Below, one piece after another: positions 42,468 to 51,783 of a stretch of DNA of 64,000 nt (the first letter of the stretch is position 1; each line of letters begins with the position of its first letter). Made by a program: the position numbers and the translations under genes. This stretch comes from Betaproteobacteria bacterium (GTDB lineage: Bacteria > Pseudomonadota > Gammaproteobacteria > Burkholderiales > SG8-39): contig CANIEV010000003.1 of NCBI GenBank assembly GCA_947466535.1, positions 38-64,037 on the forward strand, written 5' to 3'. Under the pieces are notes generated by a model. It was given only the letters and a program-made list of their open reading frames with translations, did no database searches and was not told the DNA's origin.

Positions 42468-42537
42468 CGGTCGCCGCCGGCCCGGAACCGTATTCCGGTT
42501 CCGGGCGGTGGAGCTGCACTCTTGAGGAGGAGGCAGG

Positions 42538-43500
42538 ATGAGGCAATTCGTTGGCAGGACGCTGCTTGCGGCGTTAGTGGGGTCGACCGCGCTCGTTGCA
42601 CACGGCAACGCAAACGCGCAGTCCGGCCGCCCGGTGCGCATCATCGTGGCGGTGCCGCCCGGAGGCAGCGGCGACATCTTCGGCCGCCTGCTCGCGCCGC
42701 TGCTGTCGGCTGCCTGGAATGCGCCGGTGGTGATGGAAAACCGCCCCGGCGCGAGCGGATTCATTGCCGCCGAAGCGGCGGCAAAGGCGACACCCGACGG
42801 CACCACGCTGTTTTTCAGTTCTGCCGGGATCATGGCGATCAACCCGCACATGCACGCGAAGCTGCCCTACGACCCGCTCAAGGACTACACGCCGATCGCG
42901 ATGCTTTGCCTGCTTCCCAACGTCCTGCTGATGAATCCGGCGGTAATACCGGTGAAGAACGTGCAGGAGTTCGTACGTTATGCGAAGGAGCGCCCGGGCA
43001 AGCTGTCCTACGGGTCGCTCGGCGTTGGCTCCACGTCCTATCTTTCGGCCGAACTGCTCAACAGCATGGCCGGGTTGGACATTCTCAATGTTCCCTACAA
43101 GGGGTCCGGGCAGATACAGGCCGACCTGATCAGCGGGCAAATCGCGATCTACTTCGACACCGTCACCGCGGCGATTGGCCAGATCCGCTCCGGCCGGCTC
43201 GCGGCACTGGCCGTCACCACCCGCCGCCGGACCGGCGCCTTGCCGGATATCCCGACCATGGACGAGCAGGGTCTGCCCGGATTCGAAGTCACCCAGTGGT
43301 ACGGCATCTACGGACCAGCCGGATTGCCGCAGGCGATCACCCAACGCTACACCGCCGACTTCAACAGGGCGCTGTCCGATCCGGCAATTCGCGAAAAATT
43401 TGCCGATCAGGGCGCGGAAATCTCGATCATGGACGCCGAACAGACCGGCGCATTCACCCGATCCGAACTGGAGAAGTGGCGCAAGTTTCTCAAGCGTTAG
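42538..43500 (+). CDS. Bug/TctC receptor
   Basis: Signal peptide, VPPGGSGD, ENRPGASG and VPYKG. Confidence 0.92.
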   Translation: MRQFVGRTLLAALVGSTALVAHGNANAQSGRPVRIIVAVPPGGSGDIFGRLLAPLLSAAWNAPVVMENRPGASGFIAAEAAAKATPDGTTLFFSSAGIMAINPHMHAKLPYDPLKDYTPIAMLCLLPNVLLMNPAVIPVKNVQEFVRYAKERPGKLSYGSLGVGSTSYLSAELLNSMAGLDILNVPYKGSGQIQADLISGQIAIYFDTVTAAIGQIRSGRLAALAVTTRRRTGALPDIPTMDEQGLPGFEVTQWYGIYGPAGLPQAITQRYTADFNRALSDPAIREKFADQGAEISIMDAEQTGAFTRSELEKWRKFLKR

Positions 43501-43541
43501 GGAGGCTCTGATCAAGTTCCAATCGCCCCACCCGTTGAACA

Positions 43542-43594
43542 GAGCTTCCCTCTGGATTGTGGGGGATATACAAGGGGGCATCGCCCCCTTGTTC
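43542..43594 (-). repeat. REP-like element, copy 2 (inverted)
   Basis: Reverse complement reads GAACAAGGGGGCGATGCCCCCTTGTATATCCCCCACAATCCAGAGGGAAGCTC. Confidence 0.75.
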
Positions 43595-43665
43595 AGACAC
43601 TCCTGAGCGTTGCCACGCCGGTAAGTCAGGCTCACACGAAAACCACACAGGGAGGAGCGCCCCGC

Positions 43666-44802
43666 ATGCAACCGAACTCCGAACGCATCCTGACCACGCA
43701 CGTCGGCAGCCTGCCACGACGCCCCGACCTGCTCGAGCTTCTGCTGAAGCGCGAACGAAATGAGGAGGTGGCGGCGGCGCAATTCGATGCCTGCCTCGCC
43801 GATGCGGTGAAGGAGGTTGTGGCGAAGCAGGTCGTCACGGGTATCGATCTGGTGAGCGATGGCGAAGCCGGCAAGATTGCCTACTCGCTCTATGTGAAGG
43901 ACAGGCTCACGGGGTTCGGGGGGCAGGCCGGGCCGAGGCCGCACCTCGACCTGAAGGAGTTTCCGGAATTCGCTGCCAGGGCGAAGAAATTTCCCATCCT
44001 CAGCCCGAACTGCATAGGGCCGATCGCCTGGAAGAACCGAGCGCCGCTGGAGGCCGATCTGCGCAACTTCAGGGCCGCGGTGAACGCCGCTCAGCCGACC
44101 GGCAGCTTCATTACCTCGGCCTCACCCGGGCTGGTGGCTTACTTCATGCCAAATCGGTACTTTCCGACGCACGAGGGCTATCTGGAGGCGATCGCCGCGG
44201 TGCTTCGTGAGGAGTACGACGCGATCATCGCGGCCGGATTCGACCTGCAGCTCGATTGCCCGGACCTTGCCATGTCCCGGCACATCGGCTACTCGATGGA
44301 TCCGGACGACGTGTTCAGGCGCAAGTGCGAAGCGGCAGTGGAGATCCTCAACGCGGTCACAGCGCATATACCTCCGGAGCGGATGCGCATGCACCTGTGC
44401 TGGGGAAATTACGCGGGGCCGCATCACTTCGACCTGCCTCTTGAGCGGGTGCTGCCGCTCGCTCTGAAGGCGCTACCGTCGGCAATATCCTTCGAAGGCG
44501 CCAATCCCCGTCATGAACACGAATGGGAGGTGTTCTCCTCCCTGCGATTGCCCGAAAACAAGCTGATCATTCCCGGAGTGATCGACTCCACCACGAACTT
44601 CATCGAGCATCCGCGGCTGGTGGCGCAGCGCATCGAACGTTATGCGGGTGTGGTCGGGCGGGAGCGGGTGATCGCCGGGGTCGATTGCGGTTTCGCGACC
44701 ATCGCAACCTATGAAGGCGTGGATCCGGCGATTGCCTGGGCCAAGCTCGGCGCGTTGGCCGAGGGCGCGGCGCTCGCATCAAGGAATCTCTGGAGAAACT
44801 GA
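43666..44802 (+). CDS. Cobalamin-independent methionine synthase II family protein (C-terminal barrel; epoxyalkane:CoM transferase-related)
   Basis: THVGSLPR, SDGE, QLDCPD, HLCWGNY, PGVID and DCGF motifs. Confidence 0.85.
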   Translation: MQPNSERILTTHVGSLPRRPDLLELLLKRERNEEVAAAQFDACLADAVKEVVAKQVVTGIDLVSDGEAGKIAYSLYVKDRLTGFGGQAGPRPHLDLKEFPEFAARAKKFPILSPNCIGPIAWKNRAPLEADLRNFRAAVNAAQPTGSFITSASPGLVAYFMPNRYFPTHEGYLEAIAAVLREEYDAIIAAGFDLQLDCPDLAMSRHIGYSMDPDDVFRRKCEAAVEILNAVTAHIPPERMRMHLCWGNYAGPHHFDLPLERVLPLALKALPSAISFEGANPRHEHEWEVFSSLRLPENKLIIPGVIDSTTNFIEHPRLVAQRIERYAGVVGRERVIAGVDCGFATIATYEGVDPAIAWAKLGALAEGAALASRNLWRN

Positions 44803-44872
44803 AACGGCGTGATTGTTCCGCCGTATGTACAGTGTTGAAACGAAACCAGGTGGTCACAATAGGAGGGGTCGT

Positions 44873-46009
44873 ATGAACAAGCTCTGGATGAAAACGGGAA
44901 TCGCCCTTGCGGCAATGGTTTGCGCCGCGGGCGCATCGGCGCAGGAAATCCGCGTCGGGGTAATCATCACCGCGACCGGCCCGGCTGCGGCGATCGGCGT
45001 GGGCAATCGCAACACTGTTGACCTGATGCCCAGGCAAATCGCGGGTGTGCCGGTTCGTTACATCACGCTCGATGACGGCGGCGATCCCGGCGCAGCGGTT
45101 CAGGGTGCACGCAAACTGATCGATTCGGACAAGGTGGACGTGATCATGGGGCCGTTGGTGATTCCGGCCTGCGTGGCGACCGCGGCGGTGGTCAATCCGG
45201 CAAAAACACCGCAACTCTGCTTCGGTCCCGTCGCGGCGGAGGCGAACCCTTACCAGTTCTCAGCGGCGGTTTCGCAGGGTGTGCTGATGGCGGCGGTGGT
45301 GGAGAACATGAAAGCCAAGGGCATAAAGTCGCTGGCGTATCTCGGCTTTTCGGATTCGCTTGGTGAGGTCGTGAAGGAGGCGCTGCGGCCCTCGATGTCG
45401 GCCGCCGGCATCAGTTTTGTCGCCGATGAGCGTTTTGCCCGCACCGACACCAGCGTCGGGGCGCAGGTGCTCAAGGTTCTCGCAAGCCGGCCGGATGCGA
45501 TATTTGTCGGTGCCACGGGATCGCCGGCAGCGCTGCCGATGATCGCGCTCGCCGAGCGCGGTTTCAAAGGACAGGTTTATCTCGCCACCGGTGCATTCGT
45601 TCCCGATTTCATCCGGCTTGGCGGCAAAGCCGTGGAAGGAGCGATCGCACCGATGGGGCCGCTCGTCGCGGCCGAGTCGCTGCCGGATTCGCACCCGGTC
45701 AAGCGTCGTGCGGTGGAATTCAAACGGTTGTACGACGCAAAATTCGGTCCGGGATCGACCAACTACTTCGCCGGCGTTTCCTGGGACGAAAGCCTGTGGT
45801 TGGTCGAGGCGGCGACTCAGGCGCTCAAGAAAGCAAAACCCGGCACGCAGGAGTTCCGGGTTGCGATCCGCGACGCGCTGGAAGGACTGAAGGATTTTCC
45901 GGGGGCCAACAGCGTGGCGACGATGACGCCGAAGGATCACGTCGGGATGGATGCCCGCTCCGTGGTGCTGCAGGACGTTCGTGGCGGGGCTTTTCAGCTG
46001 CTGAAGTAG
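44873..46009 (+). CDS. Branched-chain amino acid-type ABC substrate-binding protein (aromatic-acid binding clade likely)
   Basis: Signal peptide, TGPAAAIG, LDDGGDP and ERFARTDTSV; no permease nearby. Confidence 0.85.
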   Translation: MNKLWMKTGIALAAMVCAAGASAQEIRVGVIITATGPAAAIGVGNRNTVDLMPRQIAGVPVRYITLDDGGDPGAAVQGARKLIDSDKVDVIMGPLVIPACVATAAVVNPAKTPQLCFGPVAAEANPYQFSAAVSQGVLMAAVVENMKAKGIKSLAYLGFSDSLGEVVKEALRPSMSAAGISFVADERFARTDTSVGAQVLKVLASRPDAIFVGATGSPAALPMIALAERGFKGQVYLATGAFVPDFIRLGGKAVEGAIAPMGPLVAAESLPDSHPVKRRAVEFKRLYDAKFGPGSTNYFAGVSWDESLWLVEAATQALKKAKPGTQEFRVAIRDALEGLKDFPGANSVATMTPKDHVGMDARSVVLQDVRGGAFQLLK

Positions 46010-46152
46010 GAAAAGCCGGGCGAATTGCTGCACACCTTTTGGGCGCTGCCGTCTTCGATCCTGTCGCCAGGCCGCGTCCGGGCACGTCTAAGACGTCCTC
46101 GTCCGACCTCCGCACAAGGCATACTTCAGGGATTCGTAAGGAGGAGGAAACC

Positions 46153-47133
46153 ATGAAGCGCATGCCCATTTCCGCAGCACTTGGCGGCCTGGCCCTGATC
46201 ATTGCTGCAGCGGCGCCGTCTGCGATCGCCCAGACGTACCCCTCGCGCGTGGTGCGTATCGTCGTGCCCAACGGTCCCGGCGGCCCGACCGATATTGTCG
46301 CCCGGGTGCTGGCGCAGAAACTCACCGAGAGCCTCGGCCAGTCGGTAATCGTGGAAAACCGCCTCGGCGCGGGTGGCACCGTCGGCACCGAATCGGTGGC
46401 GCGGTCCACGCCCGACGGCTACACCCTGATGTTCTCCGCCTCCGGGGCGATGGTCATCACGCCGCACCTGAACCCGAAGCTGCCCTACGACACCTTCCGC
46501 GATTTCGCGCCGATCGCCCTTGGCGCCACCTCGCCGGTGGTTCTGGTGGTGGGTCCGATGTCCAGCATCCAGACGGTGAGAGACCTGATCGCGCAAGCCA
46601 AAGCCAATCCCGGCAAGCTCAACTACTCCACCGCCGGCATCGGCACGCCGCCGCATCTTGCTGTCGAACTGCTCGCCGCCGCCACCGGCATCCAGACGGT
46701 TCACGTTCCGTACAAGGGCGCGCCGCAGTCCGAGGGCGCCGCGCTCGTCGGCGAAGTCAGCTTCACCTTCACCCAGCCGATCGTGATCAACATGGCGAAA
46801 GCCGGCAAGGCGCGCATCCTCGGCGTTTCGTCCACCAAGCGTTCGGCGCTAATGCCCGATGTTCCGACGATCGCGGAAGCCGGCGTTCCCGGATTCGAAG
46901 TGCTTGCCTGGTACGGCATGCTCGCACCGGCGAAGACGCCGCCCGAGATCGTCACCCGGCTGAACAGCGAAATGCTGCTGGCGCTGAAACAGAAGGATGT
47001 CGCCGACCGGCTTCAGACGCTGGGCTTCGAGCCGCCTGCGCCGCATACCCCGGCAGATTTCCTCGCCTACATGCGATCGGAAAGTGCCAAATGGCAGAAA
47101 GTGGTGAAGGACGCCAACATCAAGGCGGAATAG
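46153..47133 (+). CDS. Bug/TctC receptor
   Basis: Signal peptide, PNGPGGPTD, VENRLGAGG and HVPYKG. Confidence 0.93.
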   Translation: MKRMPISAALGGLALIIAAAAPSAIAQTYPSRVVRIVVPNGPGGPTDIVARVLAQKLTESLGQSVIVENRLGAGGTVGTESVARSTPDGYTLMFSASGAMVITPHLNPKLPYDTFRDFAPIALGATSPVVLVVGPMSSIQTVRDLIAQAKANPGKLNYSTAGIGTPPHLAVELLAAATGIQTVHVPYKGAPQSEGAALVGEVSFTFTQPIVINMAKAGKARILGVSSTKRSALMPDVPTIAEAGVPGFEVLAWYGMLAPAKTPPEIVTRLNSEMLLALKQKDVADRLQTLGFEPPAPHTPADFLAYMRSESAKWQKVVKDANIKAE

Positions 47134-47186
47134 TCGCAACCCAAGGCGCGGAAGCAACGATCAGCCGTGGCCGCACCCTCGGCTGC

Positions 47187-47969
47187 ATGTTTCGCGCGCT
47201 CGCGCTGGTCGCCCTGTTGTCACCCGGAGCAGCCATGACGCAGGAACGCAAGCTCGGCGGCTACGTCGAATGGGTGCCCACCCCGCCGACCATGGTCGAG
47301 AAGATGCTCGATGCCGCGCGCGTCGGGCCGAAGGATCACCTGATCGATCTCGGCGCGGGCGACGGGCGCTTCATGTTTGCCGCGGCGAATCGCGGCGCGA
47401 GCGCCACCGGCATCGAGATCGACTCCGGCATGGTGGAATTCGGCAACGCGCGTGCTGCGAAGGAAGGCCTCGCCGGACGGGTGCGCTTTCTCGAGCAGGA
47501 TCTTTTCGCCTACGACCTTGGCGAGGCGACGGTGATCTCGATGTACCTGCTCTCCGAGATGAACCTCAAGCTTCGCCCGAAGATCCTCGCGCTGAAACCC
47601 GGCACCCGCGTGCTCGCCTTCCAGTTCGGCATGGGCGACTGGCCGCCGGAGCGCACATTGGTCGAAGGCGATGTGCGTGCATTCTTCTGGACCGTGCCGG
47701 CGCAGGTGGGCGGCGGCTGGTCCGTCGAGGGACAAGGCAACACGGTTCGCGGCCTGAGTTTCACCCAGATCTACCAGAAGGTCAGCGGCGTCCTTCGCAC
47801 CCGAGAGGGCGAACTCGGTATCGACGGCATGCTCGACGGCGAGGTGCTGCGCTTTGTCGTCACCGGCCGCTCGGACTGGACCTTCCGCGGCCGCGTGACG
47901 GGTGATCGCATCGAGGGCGAACTCGCCCGCGGTTCGTCAGCCCCCGAAAAGCTCAACCTGCACCGCTAG
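47187..47969 (+). CDS. Class I SAM-dependent methyltransferase with signal-like N-terminus
   Basis: WVPTP, DLGAGDGR and MYLL...LRP motifs. Confidence 0.82.
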   Translation: MFRALALVALLSPGAAMTQERKLGGYVEWVPTPPTMVEKMLDAARVGPKDHLIDLGAGDGRFMFAAANRGASATGIEIDSGMVEFGNARAAKEGLAGRVRFLEQDLFAYDLGEATVISMYLLSEMNLKLRPKILALKPGTRVLAFQFGMGDWPPERTLVEGDVRAFFWTVPAQVGGGWSVEGQGNTVRGLSFTQIYQKVSGVLRTREGELGIDGMLDGEVLRFVVTGRSDWTFRGRVTGDRIEGELARGSSAPEKLNLHR

Positions 47970-48039
47970 TCGCTACAATCCACACTCAGCCGCGCATCGA
48001 CGTGCGCGCGGCACACCTCAACCCTCCAGGAGTCGTCCC

Positions 48040-48891
48040 GTGATTCGCCATCTGATCGCGCTTGCCGCGCTCGCTGTCTTCACCCTTTCCGCCCCGTTTG
48101 CGTACGCGCAGGCCCCGGTCGAAACCAAGCCCGGGTTCGAGCCGCAGGTCGGGCAGTCCGGCAAGGACGTCATCTGGGTGCCCACGCCGCTCACGCTGAT
48201 CGACAAGATGCTCGAGATGGCCAAGCTCACGCCCAGCGACTACCTCGTCGATCTCGGCTCGGGAGACGGCCGCACCGTGATTGCCGCCGCCAAGCGCGGC
48301 ACGCGGGCCCTCGGCCTGGAGTACAACCCGGACATGGTGGCCGTGTCCGAGCGCGAAGCGCAGAAAGCCGGCGTCACCGATAAAGCGAGTTTTCAGCGCG
48401 CCGACATCTTCGTCACCGATTTCACCCGCGCCACCGTGGTCACCATGTACTTGCTGCCTAGCCTCAACATGAAGCTGCGCCCGCAACTGCTCGACATGAA
48501 ACCCGGCACGCGCCTCGTGTCGCACGCCTTCTCGATGGGCGACTGGGAACCCGACGAGTCCGCCTATTCGGAAGATCGCCGCGCGATGCTGTGGATCGTG
48601 CCTGCCAAGGTCGGCGGCAACTGGCGCGTGCAGATCGACCAGGCCGGCGTGCAGCCAAGTGATGCCAGCTTCAAGCAGACTTTTCAGAAGATCGAAGGCA
48701 CGATGCGTGTTGCGCGCGACAACCATGCACTTTTCGACGCTCGCATTCGCGGCGAAGAAGTGCGCTTTACAGTGCTCGAAAATTCCAACCTGCGCCGCGA
48801 CTTCGTCGGCCGCGTGGAAGGCGACCGGATGTTCGGCACGGTGCGTACCACCGGCCAGGGTGAGGCGAAGTTCACCGCGACGCGCAAGTAG
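48040..48891 (+). CDS. Class I SAM-dependent methyltransferase with signal peptide (paralogue)
   Basis: AGGAG RBS and GTG start; signal peptide ending AYA-Q; DVIWVPTP, DLGSGDGR and GTRLVSHAF. Confidence 0.85.
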   Translation: MIRHLIALAALAVFTLSAPFAYAQAPVETKPGFEPQVGQSGKDVIWVPTPLTLIDKMLEMAKLTPSDYLVDLGSGDGRTVIAAAKRGTRALGLEYNPDMVAVSEREAQKAGVTDKASFQRADIFVTDFTRATVVTMYLLPSLNMKLRPQLLDMKPGTRLVSHAFSMGDWEPDESAYSEDRRAMLWIVPAKVGGNWRVQIDQAGVQPSDASFKQTFQKIEGTMRVARDNHALFDARIRGEEVRFTVLENSNLRRDFVGRVEGDRMFGTVRTTGQGEAKFTATRK

Positions 48892-48930
48892 TCCGTTGCG
48901 TGTTACCGCCTTTTGCGAGGCGACCGGTTG

Positions 48931-49014
48931 TTACTCCCCGCCGCGCACGAGGCTAACGGTTCCTACTCCCCGCCTCTCACGAGGCGGGGTGGCTGCGAAG
49001 CAGCCGGGGCGGTG
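48931..49014. repeat. Double-hairpin REP-like element with a partial tandem copy
   Basis: CCCCGCCTC-tcac-GAGGCGGGG and GGCTGC-gaa-GCAGCC; degenerate copy TACTCCCCGCC...CACGAGGC at 48932-48953. Confidence 0.6.
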
Positions 49015-49084
49015 TGGTGTGGAACTCCAGGCATTCGACACGCATGAGCTCCGAACAATTCGCTGACTACGAGCCCGGCTTGGG

Positions 49085-49434
49085 GTGACTGCCGCGCGCG
49101 AAGTACCGCGGCTGATGCAGGAATTCACCCGCGGTTCGCTCACCGAATACACACCTTGCCGCTTCACCGATGGCGAAGACCTCGCCTGGGCGCTGGGCGT
49201 GGTGTACGCGGATTTCCTGCGCATCCTCCGTTTCACGACGGCAACGCGCGCTGCGCCCGGCTTTTCGTCACGCTGATGGACGCACAGGCCGGCCTGCCGA
49301 GGCTCGACTTCTCGGGACTGCGCGGCCAGGGCAAGGCACATTACACCGCCGCGATCCACGCCGGCATCGAGCAGAACTACAAACCGATGGTGGAGGTGTT
49401 CCGGCGCGTGCTCAGGAAGATATTCACGGGCTGA
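49085..49434 (+). pseudogene. Fic-domain pseudogene (5'-truncated, frameshifted)
   Basis: Two overlapping frames join at ATC-CT-CCG-TTT-CAC-GAC-GGC-AAC; adding one base restores I-H-P-F-H-D-G-N-A-R, a variant of the Fic HPFxxGNGR motif. Confidence 0.75.
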
Positions 49435-49448
49435 TCCCGTCCCGCTCT

Positions 49449-49524
49449 ATTGCTAAAATTAGCAATAGAGTTGGCCACTTCGAGGCGCCGATACAGGCTC
49501 TGAAAACGGTAAAGTGCGCAATTT
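49449..49524 (+). repeat. 76-bp degenerate direct repeat, copy 1
   Basis: Ungapped alignment to 57443-57518 with 56/76 identities (hand count); starts with the palindrome ATTGCTAA-AA-TTAGCAAT. Confidence 0.75.
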
Positions 49525-49582
49525 GGAATCCGCGCAGTCCCCGCTGCTCATGCAACGGGGTGAGATCCGAAAGCCGGTCCGT

Positions 49583-50569
49583 TCAGTCCACCTGCAGCTT
49601 CACCTGCTCCACCACCTTCGCCCAGCGGGCGGACTCCGAACGGGCGCGGGTGAGGGAGTCAACGGCGTTGCTCGCCAGCGGCGGCAGATCGTTGGAGATC
49701 ATGCGCTCGCGCACCGTCGGGTCCTGGAAGGCGCGCGCGACTTCCTCCTGCCACTGCCGCATGATCGCGGCGGGCGTGCCCCTGGGTGCGAGCATGAATT
49801 CGCCGAAGGTCGCGTCGTAGCCCGGCACGCCGGCTTCGCGCGCGGTGGGAATGTCCGGCGCCATCACCGAGCGGTTTGCGCTCGACACCGCGAAGGCCTT
49901 GAGCTTGCCGCCCTTGACCTGCGGCACCACGACCGAGGTCGCAAGAAAACCGCAGGGCACCACGCCCGCCATCACGTCCTGCATCGCCGGACCCGGTCCC
50001 TTGTAGGGCACGTGAGTCATCGAGATGCCGGTCATCGACATGAACAGTTCCATCGCGAGGTGGCCGGGAACCCCCGCGCCGCCCGAGGCGTAGTTGAGCT
50101 TCTGCGACTTCGCGAGATTGATGTAATCGGTGAGGCTGGACACCGGCACCGAGGGGTTGCACACCATGGTCTGCGAGGTGCTGGTGAGGTAGGTCACTGG
50201 CACGAGGTCTTCGGCCGGGTTGATCGGCAGCTTGCGGAAGATGTGCGGGTTCACCGTGACCACCGTGTCCGGGCCGACGAAAAGCGTGTAGCCATCGGGC
50301 GTGGCCTTGGCCACGAGTTCGGTGGCGATGTTGCCGCTCGCGCCGGGCCGGTTCTCGATTACCAGCGGTTGCTTCGAGGCGACGAACACCTTGTCGGCGA
50401 TCAGGCGCATCACGAATTCACCCGGCGCACCGGGCGCGAAGCCGGTGAGGATGCGGATCGGTTTGGTGGGATAGGCCTGCGCCGAGGCGAACGAGGGCGC
50501 AAGCGCGCCGGCGACGGCGGTGACCACCGCCGCGATACGGACTGCGGTACGACGAATTGCGTGGGACAC
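49583..50569 (-). CDS. Bug/TctC receptor
   Basis: Signal peptide, YPTKPIR, ENRPGASG and HVPYKG. Confidence 0.92.
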   Translation of the reverse strand: MSHAIRRTAVRIAAVVTAVAGALAPSFASAQAYPTKPIRILTGFAPGAPGEFVMRLIADKVFVASKQPLVIENRPGASGNIATELVAKATPDGYTLFVGPDTVVTVNPHIFRKLPINPAEDLVPVTYLTSTSQTMVCNPSVPVSSLTDYINLAKSQKLNYASGGAGVPGHLAMELFMSMTGISMTHVPYKGPGPAMQDVMAGVVPCGFLATSVVVPQVKGGKLKAFAVSSANRSVMAPDIPTAREAGVPGYDATFGEFMLAPRGTPAAIMRQWQEEVARAFQDPTVRERMISNDLPPLASNAVDSLTRARSESARWAKVVEQVKLQVD

Positions 50570-50660
50570 GAAGATTCCTCCTAGGGTGAGGTCGCGCCGC
50601 TATGTGCACGGTTTTGCGACCGGGTTTGCTGATGGTTGCTGACGGTCGATTCGATGTTAG

Positions 50661-50688
50661 CTGGTAACCGGTAACCGGTAACTGGTAA
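50661..50688. repeat. Tandem heptamer repeat (CYGGTAA)x4
   Basis: CTGGTAA CCGGTAA CCGGTAA CTGGTAA. Confidence 0.8.
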
Positions 50689-50705
50689 AGGGGAACCGCC
50701 GAGCG

Positions 50706-51764
50706 CTAGGCCGCCTGCGACAGGATTTTCGCGTGCAGGTCGATCAGTCCCGGCACCGAGTCCGCCGGACGCCGGCCGAAGCCGCATTCGGTGGCGATGC
50801 CGAAATCCTTCACATGGCGCTTCGCCGTCGCGATCCGTCTGAGCGTGCCTTCGACGCCGTCGGTGTCGTGCACCAGGCCGAGGTACAGCTCGGTCTCGGG
50901 GCGCAGCTTGAGCGTCGACAACGGCGCGTAGAAGGCGTCGTCATCGCGATCCGCCGGCACCGGCATGTGCATGAATTGCACGTTTCGCCCGATGCCCGCC
51001 ATCAGCGCATTGGTGAGTTCGGCCATCGCGCCGCCGTCCTTCGGCTCGACGAAGTGCCGGCCGCCGAAACTGCCGTAGCAGAGGTGGTAGCCGAGTTCCG
51101 CATCCGCGGGCACCCGGTTGCCGAGGCGCACGAGGCGATCGATGATTCCTTCTTTTGCCGGAGCAAACCAGGGCGTGCGCGCACCGTCATAGGCCTGCAT
51201 GTCGTGCGCGCAATCCCACTGGATGGAAAGATCGCCGTGCGGGATCGCGGCGCAGATCTCGGCCAGCTCCTCCAGCACGCGCGCCTCGTAGGCGATCTCC
51301 ACCGCGACGCGCGATTCCTGCGCAATGCCCCAGGAGATCACGTTATAGGGCGAGGGCAGGGCAACCATGAAGCGCACGCCCGGCTTCACCGCGTCCGAGG
51401 CGCGCAAGGCCTTGAATTCGGCGTAGGACGCAATCGCGCTCTGCGCAAAGCCGAGCGCACCGAACGAGGACGCCTTGATCGTCGCCTCGGGCCGAAGCCG
51501 GAACTGCGCGTTCGCCGCCTTCTTCGCGGTCGGATTGCGCCAGTCGAAATCACCTTCCACCTTCTCGAGTTCCGGCATGCGCTCGAACACGCCTTCCTGG
51601 AACTGCAGCCAGTTGGTGCGCTCTCCGGTTTCGCCGTCAGGGATGCGTCGCAGCGCGGTGCCGAAGCTCCGGCCGAGGGCGCCGATCACAGCAAAAGCGT
51701 CGGCCAGCGGCAAGCTGCCCACGAAATGCACATGCCCTGCGGCACACATCGATCCTGCGTTCAT
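50706..51764 (-). CDS. MetE/UROD-superfamily single-barrel Zn protein (paralogue of 41412)
   Basis: VGSLPL, IPDGETGER, IQWD, GYHLCYG and TECGFGR motifs; AAGGA RBS. Confidence 0.72.
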   Translation of the reverse strand: MNAGSMCAAGHVHFVGSLPLADAFAVIGALGRSFGTALRRIPDGETGERTNWLQFQEGVFERMPELEKVEGDFDWRNPTAKKAANAQFRLRPEATIKASSFGALGFAQSAIASYAEFKALRASDAVKPGVRFMVALPSPYNVISWGIAQESRVAVEIAYEARVLEELAEICAAIPHGDLSIQWDCAHDMQAYDGARTPWFAPAKEGIIDRLVRLGNRVPADAELGYHLCYGSFGGRHFVEPKDGGAMAELTNALMAGIGRNVQFMHMPVPADRDDDAFYAPLSTLKLRPETELYLGLVHDTDGVEGTLRRIATAKRHVKDFGIATECGFGRRPADSVPGLIDLHAKILSQAA

Positions 51765-51783
51765 CGTCAATCCTTGTGGGGTT

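Noticed and set aside
42480-42506. GCCCGGAACCG-tattc-CGGTTCCGGGC hairpin as a terminator or repeat
   Set aside because: No U-tract and only one copy; probably an ordinary intercistronic stem.
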